A DNA stretch of 64,000 nt from Candidatus Micrarchaeota archaeon (GTDB taxonomy: Archaea > Micrarchaeota > Micrarchaeia > Anstonellales > Bilamarchaeaceae). Positions 27,809 through 35,739 of this stretch are shown piece after piece. Below the pieces are notes generated by a model. That model saw nothing but the letters and a program-made list of their open reading frames with translations. It was not told where the DNA came from and made no database searches. How positions within the stretch are numbered: position 1 is the stretch's first letter; the number at the start of each line of letters is the position of its first letter. Position numbers and translations under genes: made by a program. Where the stretch lies: assembly GCA_043821365.1 (NCBI GenBank), contig JBDRCX010000006.1, forward strand, positions 40,840-104,839, in the 5' to 3' direction.

Positions 27809-28380
27809 TTCTCTTCACCTTTTTTCTTTTCTTTTTTTGGAGCTGCCTTTGCTTCCAACCATTCTGGTCTTCCAAGTCCATCTGGTCTCATGGTCAAACC
27901 AATCTTTGTATCTGAAGAAGTTGATTTTAAACTTACAGTTGAAACCTTGACAATTAGTTCATCTCCTTTTTTTATTACCTTTTTCAGAACTTTTGAACCA
28001 AGAGTTTTTGCTTTCTTATCATAATAGAATTTTTCTTTATCAATCTGTGAAACATGTAAAAGTCCTTGGAACGGACCAATAGATGCGAATGCACCGAATT
28101 CAACAATTTCTTTTACTTCTGCCTTGTAGACCTCATTTACCATTGGATAGAAACAAAGTGCTTCATACTGAACAGAATAATATGCACCACTGTCACCTGG
28201 AATGATGGTACCATCAGAAACAACTTTTGGATTGTTAATTGATAATATAATACCAAGATCTTTGTAAATGCGACCTTCATACCTTTCTCTTACGATTGCC
28301 TGAACTGCATTCTCAAGCTCACTGCCAAACATTGATGGCGGTACTCTAATCCGATCTTCAACTGTTTTTGTATAATACAT
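27805..28380 (-). CDS. rpoE: DNA-directed RNA polymerase subunit E' (Rpb7 homologue; S1 domain)
   Basis: MYYTKTVEDRIRVPPSMFG...VEFGAFASIGPFQGLLHVSQI matches the RpoE' N-terminus and the S1 fold. ATG at 28380 with GGAGG 8 nt upstream; the track ORF extends to 28401. Confidence 0.65.
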   Translation of the reverse strand: MYYTKTVEDRIRVPPSMFGSELENAVQAIVRERYEGRIYKDLGIILSINNPKVVSDGTIIPGDSGAYYSVQYEALCFYPMVNEVYKAEVKEIVEFGAFASIGPFQGLLHVSQIDKEKFYYDKKAKTLGSKVLKKVIKKGDELIVKVSTVSLKSTSSDTKIGLTMRPDGLGRPEWLEAKAAPKKEKKKGEEK

Positions 28381-28541
28381 GAAATTTTCCTCCTGCTTCA
28401 CACCGGTTAAAATTTCATTAAACTTCTACCGGCAATATTGAGGATTAGTTCCTCCGTCATTCGCCTCACGAGATTTTCGTGGGAGAGTCTAGCTAATTTT
28501 TTAGCAAGTAATATGAGAATGGATTAGTTTAAATGGCTTAC

Positions 28542-30062
28542 TTATGGTGGGCAGACAGTAGGTGGCATGTTTTTTCGGCCTTCACAGAAGTCATTGAATT
28601 CTGGTTCATATACTTTCTCCCCTTCACCAACATAGCGATACCACTTTCTAACTTCATGGTCATAGTACCACCAAATGACCTCTCCGTCAATTACATTTAA
28701 TCTGTTATGCTCAAACGCATAACGAATATCATTTGCCAGTCGTCTTCCAGTCATGTCATTCATTGATTCGGCTTCTTTAATTTCAGCATAAAAACCAAGC
28801 TCACGAACAGAAAAATCCTGGAACCCATAAATAAATGGTCCTGCCAGAGGACTTTCGCAATTTTTACCTGGAATTCTTCTACAGATAGCTGTTGCTTCTT
28901 CTTTATCAAGCCAATAATTTCTATCAGCGTCTGCATAAACAAGCACTCGTGCTTCCAATAATTTTCTATTAAGATCAGTAATCTTGTTTCGTTCTGTCAT
29001 GTATGCCCATACCACCAAACTCACAACTGCAGCTGTGGCTAGAATAATACTAGCATACTTAAATGCTGACCTTAGTCGTTGAATCCAATGTTTTTCAACA
29101 GCTTTTTTATCATATACCCCTTCGCCAGTATTGACAATAACGATAGTATCTTTTGCACCTAAACCATATCCTCTAGAATATTGCATTGCTCCTGCAAATG
29201 CAATAGCAGCAGATGGTTCAGAATGTATTCCAATTTCCTGTAATCTTCTGTACATTCTGAGTATATCTCTATCTTTTACAGTTATAAGTTCAAGTTTGTT
29301 AGCACTTTGAAGATCACGCACTAATTCAGAATACGGAGAACATGGAGTCACAATTTTATCAGCTATGCTTCGATCACGTTTTTTTGAAAAACGTTTACCA
29401 GAAATATGAGCATTAGTAGGAATTGATACTCCTATAATTTTAGGTGCATCTTCTCCCCAAAGATTTGATGCCTCAACTACCAGCTCAATTGCAAGTTCTG
29501 CACTACCAACAGGACAAACAATATGTGATGGTGGACTAGGAATACCACGAGCTGCAAGGTCTCTCTGAATCTCTTGGATTATTGTCCTATAACCAGTATC
29601 AAGTTGATAACTTTCAACCATACGAACTTCTTCATCAGTACAATCAGTGAGTCTCTTTGCAATTGACCGCATTTCATCTTGAGTAAGTTCATGATTGGTG
29701 AGATCCATTTCGTGGACAAATGAGCATTCTTTTAATCTATCTTTAATGACTTTTGGAAGATCTTTTGAAACTATATTCACAACTTTAACTCGGAAACTTT
29801 TCCAATCTCTCCCTTCTGATTCAGCAAGAGTTTTTGTTAACTGACCCATACTAAGACCAGAGTTCCCACATGTAATATGTATAAGAACTGCTTTCTCATC
29901 TGGTTTGACAGTTGCTAGTAATGCCTCACATCGCCTGTCCTTGTGGGTGCCAGAAATTTCATTAACACTTTCATCCTTTATGAAAGCTCTAGCACCGCGA
30001 CACATGCCTGAAACCTGATGGTATTCACGTAATGGCGTATGCCCTATTCTGAGTAGTCTCAT
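28542..30062 (-). CDS. Fusion: fold-type-II PLP-dependent enzyme domain (Trp-synthase-beta/threonine-dehydratase-like), one TM helix, then a roughly 150-aa C-terminal domain of unknown function
   Basis: The PLP-lysine motif SGTHKDR lies near the N-terminus of a roughly 320-aa domain. The TM helix is YASIILATAAVVSLVVWAYM at about residue 330. The C-terminal domain is rich in W/Y/E. 506 aa. Confidence 0.5.
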   Translation of the reverse strand: MRLLRIGHTPLREYHQVSGMCRGARAFIKDESVNEISGTHKDRRCEALLATVKPDEKAVLIHITCGNSGLSMGQLTKTLAESEGRDWKSFRVKVVNIVSKDLPKVIKDRLKECSFVHEMDLTNHELTQDEMRSIAKRLTDCTDEEVRMVESYQLDTGYRTIIQEIQRDLAARGIPSPPSHIVCPVGSAELAIELVVEASNLWGEDAPKIIGVSIPTNAHISGKRFSKKRDRSIADKIVTPCSPYSELVRDLQSANKLELITVKDRDILRMYRRLQEIGIHSEPSAAIAFAGAMQYSRGYGLGAKDTIVIVNTGEGVYDKKAVEKHWIQRLRSAFKYASIILATAAVVSLVVWAYMTERNKITDLNRKLLEARVLVYADADRNYWLDKEEATAICRRIPGKNCESPLAGPFIYGFQDFSVRELGFYAEIKEAESMNDMTGRRLANDIRYAFEHNRLNVIDGEVIWWYYDHEVRKWYRYVGEGEKVYEPEFNDFCEGRKNMPPTVCPP

Positions 30063-30174
30063 ATCTCTCCATAATAGTTGTGGTTGTTAGTGTTTTTAAA
30101 TGTGGTGTTTGATGAGTATTGTCGTATTACTTTGTTCAACAGAAGAATAAGAACAAAAAATGGGAAATTAAAAC

Positions 30175-30912
30175 ATGGAAATAAATCGTGCATTCAGATC
30201 AACAACAAAAATTTTACTTGGACAAGAACTTGGACCAGTGGAAGAATACCATGGATTTCTTAGTAGATATATTGATCTTCCAGTAGAGACAAAATCAATT
30301 CTATCAGGAAAGCCAGTTTATCTTGCAGCAGAAACAAAAAAGAAAATTATATCAAACGAAGAAATGAGTAAGTTGTCTTTGCCTTCGGTAAGTATCAATG
30401 AAATAAAAGATATTGATTCCCTTTTTCATGCAGTTCAAGAAAATTTTCATCATGCAGGAAATAAGATTGGGGGTCAGTTCAAAGAAATTAATCGATCAGA
30501 TGAATGTTATGATGTTTATTTCATTAACAATTGCCTCAATGTTTACGAAACTCAATATGCTTCAAATTGTCAAATGATGAAGGATACTAAATATGTTTTT
30601 GGTTGTGCCTGGGGGGTGGAAAATACTTTTGGGATTAATACGAATGAATTCTACAAAGTTTCGAGAGTATTTGAATCAACGATGGTTCTTCATTCTAATG
30701 ATGTCTACTACTCTTACAATTGTAGAAATTGCCATGATGTAATGTTTTGTATGAATCAAAGATCAAAAAGAAATGCAATTGGGAATAATGAACTTTCAAA
30801 AGAAAAATATTTCGAATTGAAGAAAAAACTTCTTTCTGAAATTTGTGATCTGTTAATTAGGAAAAAAACTGCACCCGGCCATATGGATTTGTTTCAGGGG
30901 GTAAATGAATGA
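30175..30912 (+). CDS. Cys-rich paralog family, N-module-only protein (245 aa)
   Basis: Family N-module motifs: RSTTKILLGQELG...Y..FL, INEIKDIDSLFHAV, and C-x-N-C-x-D-V-M-F-C-M-N-Q-R-S-K-R-N-A-I-G-N. It ends at the family linker (KKTAPGHMDLFQGVNE). The stop overlaps the next gene's ATG (ATGA). Confidence 0.5.
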   Translation: MEINRAFRSTTKILLGQELGPVEEYHGFLSRYIDLPVETKSILSGKPVYLAAETKKKIISNEEMSKLSLPSVSINEIKDIDSLFHAVQENFHHAGNKIGGQFKEINRSDECYDVYFINNCLNVYETQYASNCQMMKDTKYVFGCAWGVENTFGINTNEFYKVSRVFESTMVLHSNDVYYSYNCRNCHDVMFCMNQRSKRNAIGNNELSKEKYFELKKKLLSEICDLLIRKKTAPGHMDLFQGVNE

Positions 30913-31625
30913 ACATTCAGGAAAAATTTGATGGGACAGCATTAGTACTTTTTGGGACTGTATTAGGTGAAATTGATGATTTTGAAAAAACTTTAAGCAA
31001 GAAACTACCAAGAACAGTTGGTGAGAAAGGACTAACTATACCACAATATGGCTCATTTAAAAAAATACCAAAAAACAAAGTTGTTCCAATAACTGAATTA
31101 GATAGAGTAGGACAACATAGGATAGAAATTGGACCTGGTGAAAATCTGGAAACCATCTCAGAAAAATGGTCGGAAAAAGCAATTTTTGTAGCAGATTTGA
31201 ATGAAGGAATAAACAATGAGGTTATTGATTCTGCAATTTATTATAATCTGACAAATGCTTACAAAATAATTGATTGTTTTAGTTCCAAACATATTGCATA
31301 CTCTTTTTTCTCTGATAATTGCGATCATGCATTTGGAATAGAAAAATGCTTTGATTGTAGTTTTGTAATGAATGTAAGAGCATCCAGAAAAATAACAAGG
31401 GCATATGAAGTTGATTTTTCAGAGAACTGTAGTGACATAATGTTTTGCCATAATGTTGCAAATGTTAAAGACTCATTATTTTGCCATAATGTAAAAAATC
31501 TGAGATATGCAGTGTTAAATAAAGTAGTTGGAAAGGAAGAGTATCTTAGAATAAAGAAAATGGTAATTGAAGAAATAATAAAAAAATTAAAAACAAAAAA
31601 TTCCTATTTTTTGGCATGTACTTGA
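30909..31625 (+). CDS. Cys-rich paralog family, C-module-only protein (238 aa)
   Basis: C-module motifs: QEKFDGTALVLFGTVLGEIDDFEKTL and CSDIMFCHNVANVKDSLFCHNVKNLRYAVLNKVVGKEEYLRIKKM. Translationally coupled to 30175..30912. Its last 8 codons lie inside the 54-nt tandem repeat. Confidence 0.5.
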   Translation: MNIQEKFDGTALVLFGTVLGEIDDFEKTLSKKLPRTVGEKGLTIPQYGSFKKIPKNKVVPITELDRVGQHRIEIGPGENLETISEKWSEKAIFVADLNEGINNEVIDSAIYYNLTNAYKIIDCFSSKHIAYSFFSDNCDHAFGIEKCFDCSFVMNVRASRKITRAYEVDFSENCSDIMFCHNVANVKDSLFCHNVKNLRYAVLNKVVGKEEYLRIKKMVIEEIIKKLKTKNSYFLACT

Positions 31626-31727
31626 ACGGCGTTCCGTTCAAGATAGTCAAAAAATTCCTATTTTTTGGCATGTACTTGAACGGCGTTCCGTTCAAGATAG
31701 TCAAAAAATTCCTATTTTTTGGCATGC
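31595..31727. repeat. 54-nt tandem direct repeat, about 2.4 copies, each containing a 9-bp-stem hairpin (cttgaacgg-cgtt-ccgttcaag)
   Basis: The unit is aaaaaattcctattttttggcatgtacttgaacggcgttccgttcaagatagtc, seen at 31595-31648, 31649-31702 and partially at 31703-31726. It lies between two convergent genes. The first copy supplies the stop region of 30909..31625 and the last partial copy supplies the C-terminal codons (HAKK) of the minus-strand TrmB gene. Confidence 0.6.
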
Positions 31728-32470
31728 TTCCATAAAAGCTCAAACTGTCTGCGGTAGGCTTCTGCAAGATCCTTTCCACGAATAATAATCCCGTGGAATG
31801 GTTCTGAAAATGTAATAAAAGCAACATTATCACCATAGATAAAAGTTGCTGTTGGACTGAAGAATTCAGATGATAAAAACCTGTATTCAGTGGTACCATA
31901 ATCCTTTCCTGGAAGAAATCGATCACCTTCCCTAACAAGGACCCGTTCTTTGAGTTTGTGTTTTTTTAGAAGAAGGAAAATTTTGCTAAGGCCAATGGGA
32001 TCTGCATCCATGAATTTTTTTTCATCTACACCCATAACAAGATCCTCACCACCGGTACGGATAAGGGTTTCAATAACATCCATCATTATGGCTCGCACTG
32101 CTTTTTTACCGCTAAAAAGTTCAACCACTGAACGATCTTTCGAAGTGCCTGCTATTTTTGTAAGTTTTGGCATTATTTTTTTTACATTCTCATCAAATGA
32201 ACTTGCCCAAGATAGAAATTCAGTTGGTGGAGCTGCATTGTAAAGTCTAACTTTATCTTTGATAATAAAACTAACCAAACCTTTTTCAGAGAGTTTTTTC
32301 AAAGTGTCATAAACATATGGCCTATAGATACCAGAATATTGTGCAATTGTAGACACTGTTGCTTCGCCAATTCTCAGAAGAGTTAGATAGGCCAATGCTT
32401 CATTTTTTGTAAATCCAAGTTTGGTTAATGATTCTATTTCTTCTTCAAATGCCATAGTTAATTTATGCAA
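31712..32470 (-). CDS. TrmB-family transcriptional regulator (TrmB-like, about 250 aa)
   Basis: N-terminal winged HTH LGFTKNEALAYLTLLRIGEATVSTIAQYSGIYRPYVYDTLKKLSEKGLV matches the TrmB N-domain. It is followed by a shorter effector-like domain. Confidence 0.6.
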   Translation of the reverse strand: MHKLTMAFEEEIESLTKLGFTKNEALAYLTLLRIGEATVSTIAQYSGIYRPYVYDTLKKLSEKGLVSFIIKDKVRLYNAAPPTEFLSWASSFDENVKKIMPKLTKIAGTSKDRSVVELFSGKKAVRAIMMDVIETLIRTGGEDLVMGVDEKKFMDADPIGLSKIFLLLKKHKLKERVLVREGDRFLPGKDYGTTEYRFLSSEFFSPTATFIYGDNVAFITFSEPFHGIIIRGKDLAEAYRRQFELLWKHAKK

Positions 32471-32574
32471 TATAGCTATTTTTATGTTTGTCGTTCTTAC
32501 TAATACGACAGCCTCGTGATATAGGCGATGAATAGACGAATAAAGTGTCTATAAGTAAATATATGTGGAGCGAA

Positions 32575-32584
32575 TATTTAAATA
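32575..32584 (+). promoter_or_regulatory. Putative TATA box (tatttaaata) about 23-32 nt upstream of the 32607 ATG
   Basis: The AT-rich box is at the canonical archaeal distance for a leaderless transcript. No SD is present. Confidence 0.3.
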
Positions 32585-32606
32585 ATAAACAGAACATAAT
32601 TAAAGT

Positions 32607-33263
32607 ATGAAATTTTGTGAAATGGGAGTTTATCATCATGATTGTTGGTTTACAGATGCAATAGAAAAATTCCCAGAACTACAAGTCAAAGAAATATCTG
32701 CGCGAGTATGCAAATTAGAATCAGGGACAAAAATAAATACTGCGTGCTATCGTTTATTTTCACCAAAAAAAGAATCACTAGATGGTTTTGTCAAGCAGAT
32801 AGTTCCAAATGTATCTGGTGCTAAGCTTCTTTCTAGTGATGGTTCGGTTGCTTTATTGGAGGTATCATGGAGAGCACCAAAAACCTCCTACGATACTGTA
32901 CTTGCAAGTGGATGTTCCACCACTTCATCCTGTTATGCAAAAGATGGATATGAAACATACTCATTATTCACTGAGGATCCTACGCAAATAAAGAAATTGT
33001 TTACAGATATGAATGAGATAGGCGAGGTAAAAATATTTGGCATAAAGAATGAACCAAAAAATAATGATAATTACGGTCTAACTCCAAAACAAAGACAGGC
33101 ACTGGCATCTGCAGTTTCCATGGGATATTACGAATGGCCAAAGAAGGTTAACTTAGAGGAACTTGCATCCAGACTTGGAATCAAAAGACGTGCATTACAA
33201 GAGAATTTGAGAAAAGCGGAAGGTAGAGTGTTGCAGAAACTTTTGGATGAACTAACTAGTTAG
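32607..33263 (+). CDS. HTH_10 (Bat/DmsR-like) family transcriptional regulator
   Basis: C-terminal LTPKQRQALASAVSMGYYEWPKKVNLEELASRLGIKRRALQENLRKAEGRVL is the HTH_10 signature (E-x-P-R with a helix-turn-helix). 218 aa. Confidence 0.55.
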   Translation: MKFCEMGVYHHDCWFTDAIEKFPELQVKEISARVCKLESGTKINTACYRLFSPKKESLDGFVKQIVPNVSGAKLLSSDGSVALLEVSWRAPKTSYDTVLASGCSTTSSCYAKDGYETYSLFTEDPTQIKKLFTDMNEIGEVKIFGIKNEPKNNDNYGLTPKQRQALASAVSMGYYEWPKKVNLEELASRLGIKRRALQENLRKAEGRVLQKLLDELTS

Positions 33264-34027
33264 TTTTTTGCAATTATCCAAAGTGTATCAAAATATGCCC
33301 TAAAACTTTTTACTGCTTCTTCACTTTCAATCAGAAACCCTTTTGGCTCATTAGTAAAAAGTGCGATAAATGCTTTATTTTTATAGAAAACAATTTCCAT
33401 ATTCGTAATAAAATATTGCGGAAGAAAACGAATCTTAGATTTTTTCTGAGTAGTTGCCACCATCTTTCCTTTGATATCAAAATTAGCAAGCATGTTCACT
33501 TTGATACCCTTTACTACCCTTCTCAGATGATGTTTATAGAAAAAATTTCTCCACATCGAGGTTATTTCATCTTTTGTTTCCTCGCCATAATAGGCTCCAA
33601 TCACAAAATATTCATCATCCTTTTCCAACTCATCAACAAGATTCCTAAAGAAACTTGACACCCCCTTAAAGCCTTCATAAAGAGTTGCGTTGGTTTTCTG
33701 CTCTGCTGCTTTTTTTTGCATTTCTAAATCAGGAAGCAGTTTCATCAGAAGTTCCCGATTTTGTTCCATACGCAAACGATTTTCATCAACATAATCCATG
33801 ATTCGTTTAGGCTCCATTGCAGAGAAATGTTTTATTTTACCCTTGAGTACATGACCAACAAGACCTTTTTTTTCAAGTCGTCCCAGTATTTTGTAAACCT
33901 TGGATGATGAAACAGATGCAAGGGACGCGAGCTCTCCTGTTTTTGAACTGCCAAGTTTGAGAAGTGCAAGATAGACTTTTACCTCTCCTTTGCTCAATCC
34001 AATTTCTTCCAATAACTTCAAATCCAT
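33260..34027 (-). CDS. TrmB-family transcriptional regulator (255 aa)
   Basis: N-terminal LGLSKGEVKVYLALLKLGSSKTGELASLASVSSSKVYKILGRLEKKGLV. It is divergent from paralog gene 34122. Confidence 0.6.
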   Translation of the reverse strand: MDLKLLEEIGLSKGEVKVYLALLKLGSSKTGELASLASVSSSKVYKILGRLEKKGLVGHVLKGKIKHFSAMEPKRIMDYVDENRLRMEQNRELLMKLLPDLEMQKKAAEQKTNATLYEGFKGVSSFFRNLVDELEKDDEYFVIGAYYGEETKDEITSMWRNFFYKHHLRRVVKGIKVNMLANFDIKGKMVATTQKKSKIRFLPQYFITNMEIVFYKNKAFIALFTNEPKGFLIESEEAVKSFRAYFDTLWIIAKN

Positions 34028-34061
34028 GAATATTATTGATATTTACAATTTATTAATTTTA

Positions 34062-34086
34062 GCAACTACGACCCCTCCAGGGGAAG
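34062..34086. promoter_or_regulatory. Conserved GC-rich motif caactacgacccctccaggggaaga in the TrmB/paralog divergent intergenic region (copy 1)
   Basis: It is near-identical to 38237-38260 (ccaactacgacccccaggggggaa). Both contain a CCCC(N)GGGG inverted repeat. They are GC-rich islands in AT-rich spacers between a TrmB gene and a divergent paralog gene. Confidence 0.4.
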
Positions 34087-34121
34087 ATAGAATTAAAATA
34101 CACGCATTGGGCAGTTAGCCC

Positions 34122-35690
34122 ATGGATTTAGATATTTATAATCATTTAAACAAACAATGGAAATCAACATACAAAATTCTTCTTGGCCAAGAAGCAGATG
34201 AACTAATTGAGCATAAAGATTGGCTCTGTAGAGGTAATGGTCCAAGATTACTAAAAAAATCTTCTATTTCTGGAAAAGAAATTGTATATTCAAGTGATAA
34301 ATACTCTGATAATTCAAAATGGATAGGACATGATGAAGTGGGGGGGAAATTCGAACCATTGAATATGAATGAGATCAAAGATATTGATTCTATAATAGAG
34401 GCAGTAAGAGAAAGAATAACCTATTCTGGTAGTGTTGTTCTTGGAAACTCGAAATTTGTCAAAGGTAGTACAACCATTAGTGATTGTTTTTACATTTTGG
34501 ATTCAGAAAGAGTTGCATTTTCTAAAAATGTTGCGTACTCAACCAGAGGAGGGTACAGTGAGAACATATTCGGGTGTTATGGTTTCGGGCCAGTAACATT
34601 TGCAATAAAATCATATGGGATAACTGAATCAACCAGGATTTTTTTGACTTCAAAAGCAGATTTCTCTTCGGATATTTATTATTCGCATGGGATCTCAAAC
34701 TGTATGGAATGTATTTTTTCATTCAATATAAGAAGCAAAAGATATGCAATTGGAAATTTAGTTCTTCCAAAAGAAAAATATGCTTTGCTTAAAAAGAAAC
34801 TTCTTGCTGAGATTGCAGAAAAATTGAAAAAAGAAAAAACACTACCATCAATTGCTGAATTGATAAAGCATGAGGGAAATCCGATAGAATTGATAGATTT
34901 AGTTGGAACCACATCGAAAACTGAAAAGGAAGACAAACAAAGAATCGAAAAAGCATTTAAACAAACAACAGAGGTTTTGATTGGTAAACCATTGAATGGC
35001 ATAGATAAATATGCAACATGGATGAAACGTGAATCAAGTGTTTTATTGAAACCGGCAAACTCATGTATATCAGGAGAACCAATCACACTACCAGATTATG
35101 CAGGATTCATTGATTACCCGGATCAACGACTATTAACCCAAGAAGAAGCATACCGAGCAGGTGAAAAACTTGCCATTATAGAGGGAGAGGCACATAAATT
35201 ATCAATTGAAAACGCTTCTGTTATTCTTAGTAAAATAGCCTATTTCTGTCCGTTTTGGTTTGCAGGAAAACTTGAGAATAATATTGATTCACCATTGAAC
35301 ATTGATTCTAGAGATTGCTATAGTGGAATCTTATACATACGATCAAAATTATGTGCATTTTCTTTTAGCCCACGAAGTTGCGAATACTGTTTTGGTTCAA
35401 GAGAAGGAAGGCATGTTTCATTTTCCATAAATTCACATTTTTCTATGCGTGTAACCCGTTGTTTCGAAGTGGACCATTGCTCGGATTGCTCAGATTGCTA
35501 TTTTTGCCACAATTGCGAAAACGTTCAAGATTCAATGTTTTGTTTTAATGTAAAGAATTTGAGAAATGCAATTGGAAATACTCCAGTTGATCGCGGATTA
35601 TATCAACAAACAAAGACCAATTTGAGAGAGTGGTTAGCAGAAAAACTTGAACAGAAAAATAAGGTGGACTCAACTATTTTTTCACTCTAA
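34122..35690 (+). CDS. Cys-rich paralog family, fused N+C two-module protein (522 aa)
   Basis: N-module: WKSTYKILLGQEADELIEHKDWL, MNEIKDIDSIIEAV, CMECIFSFNIRSKRYAIGN. Linker KTLPSIAELI. C-module: IEKAFKQTTEVLIGKPLNGIDKYATWM, CFEVDHCSDCSDCYFCHNCENVQDSMFCFNVKNLRNAIGN. Confidence 0.55.
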   Translation: MDLDIYNHLNKQWKSTYKILLGQEADELIEHKDWLCRGNGPRLLKKSSISGKEIVYSSDKYSDNSKWIGHDEVGGKFEPLNMNEIKDIDSIIEAVRERITYSGSVVLGNSKFVKGSTTISDCFYILDSERVAFSKNVAYSTRGGYSENIFGCYGFGPVTFAIKSYGITESTRIFLTSKADFSSDIYYSHGISNCMECIFSFNIRSKRYAIGNLVLPKEKYALLKKKLLAEIAEKLKKEKTLPSIAELIKHEGNPIELIDLVGTTSKTEKEDKQRIEKAFKQTTEVLIGKPLNGIDKYATWMKRESSVLLKPANSCISGEPITLPDYAGFIDYPDQRLLTQEEAYRAGEKLAIIEGEAHKLSIENASVILSKIAYFCPFWFAGKLENNIDSPLNIDSRDCYSGILYIRSKLCAFSFSPRSCEYCFGSREGRHVSFSINSHFSMRVTRCFEVDHCSDCSDCYFCHNCENVQDSMFCFNVKNLRNAIGNTPVDRGLYQQTKTNLREWLAEKLEQKNKVDSTIFSL

Positions 35691-35739
35691 TGACAAATGT
35701 CAGTTCATCCTTATATCAGATAAATTTTCAGTAGATTGC

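Noticed and set aside
28402-28541. Possible small RNA or tRNA in the 140-nt gap upstream of rpoE'
   Set aside because: There are a few short stems (accggt...accgg) but no cloverleaf can be drawn. It is more likely the rpoE'-spt4 promoter and 5' region.
31595-31727. Possible CRISPR array
   Set aside because: There are only about 2.4 contiguous copies of a 54-nt unit with no spacers between them and no cas genes nearby. It is a simple tandem duplication.
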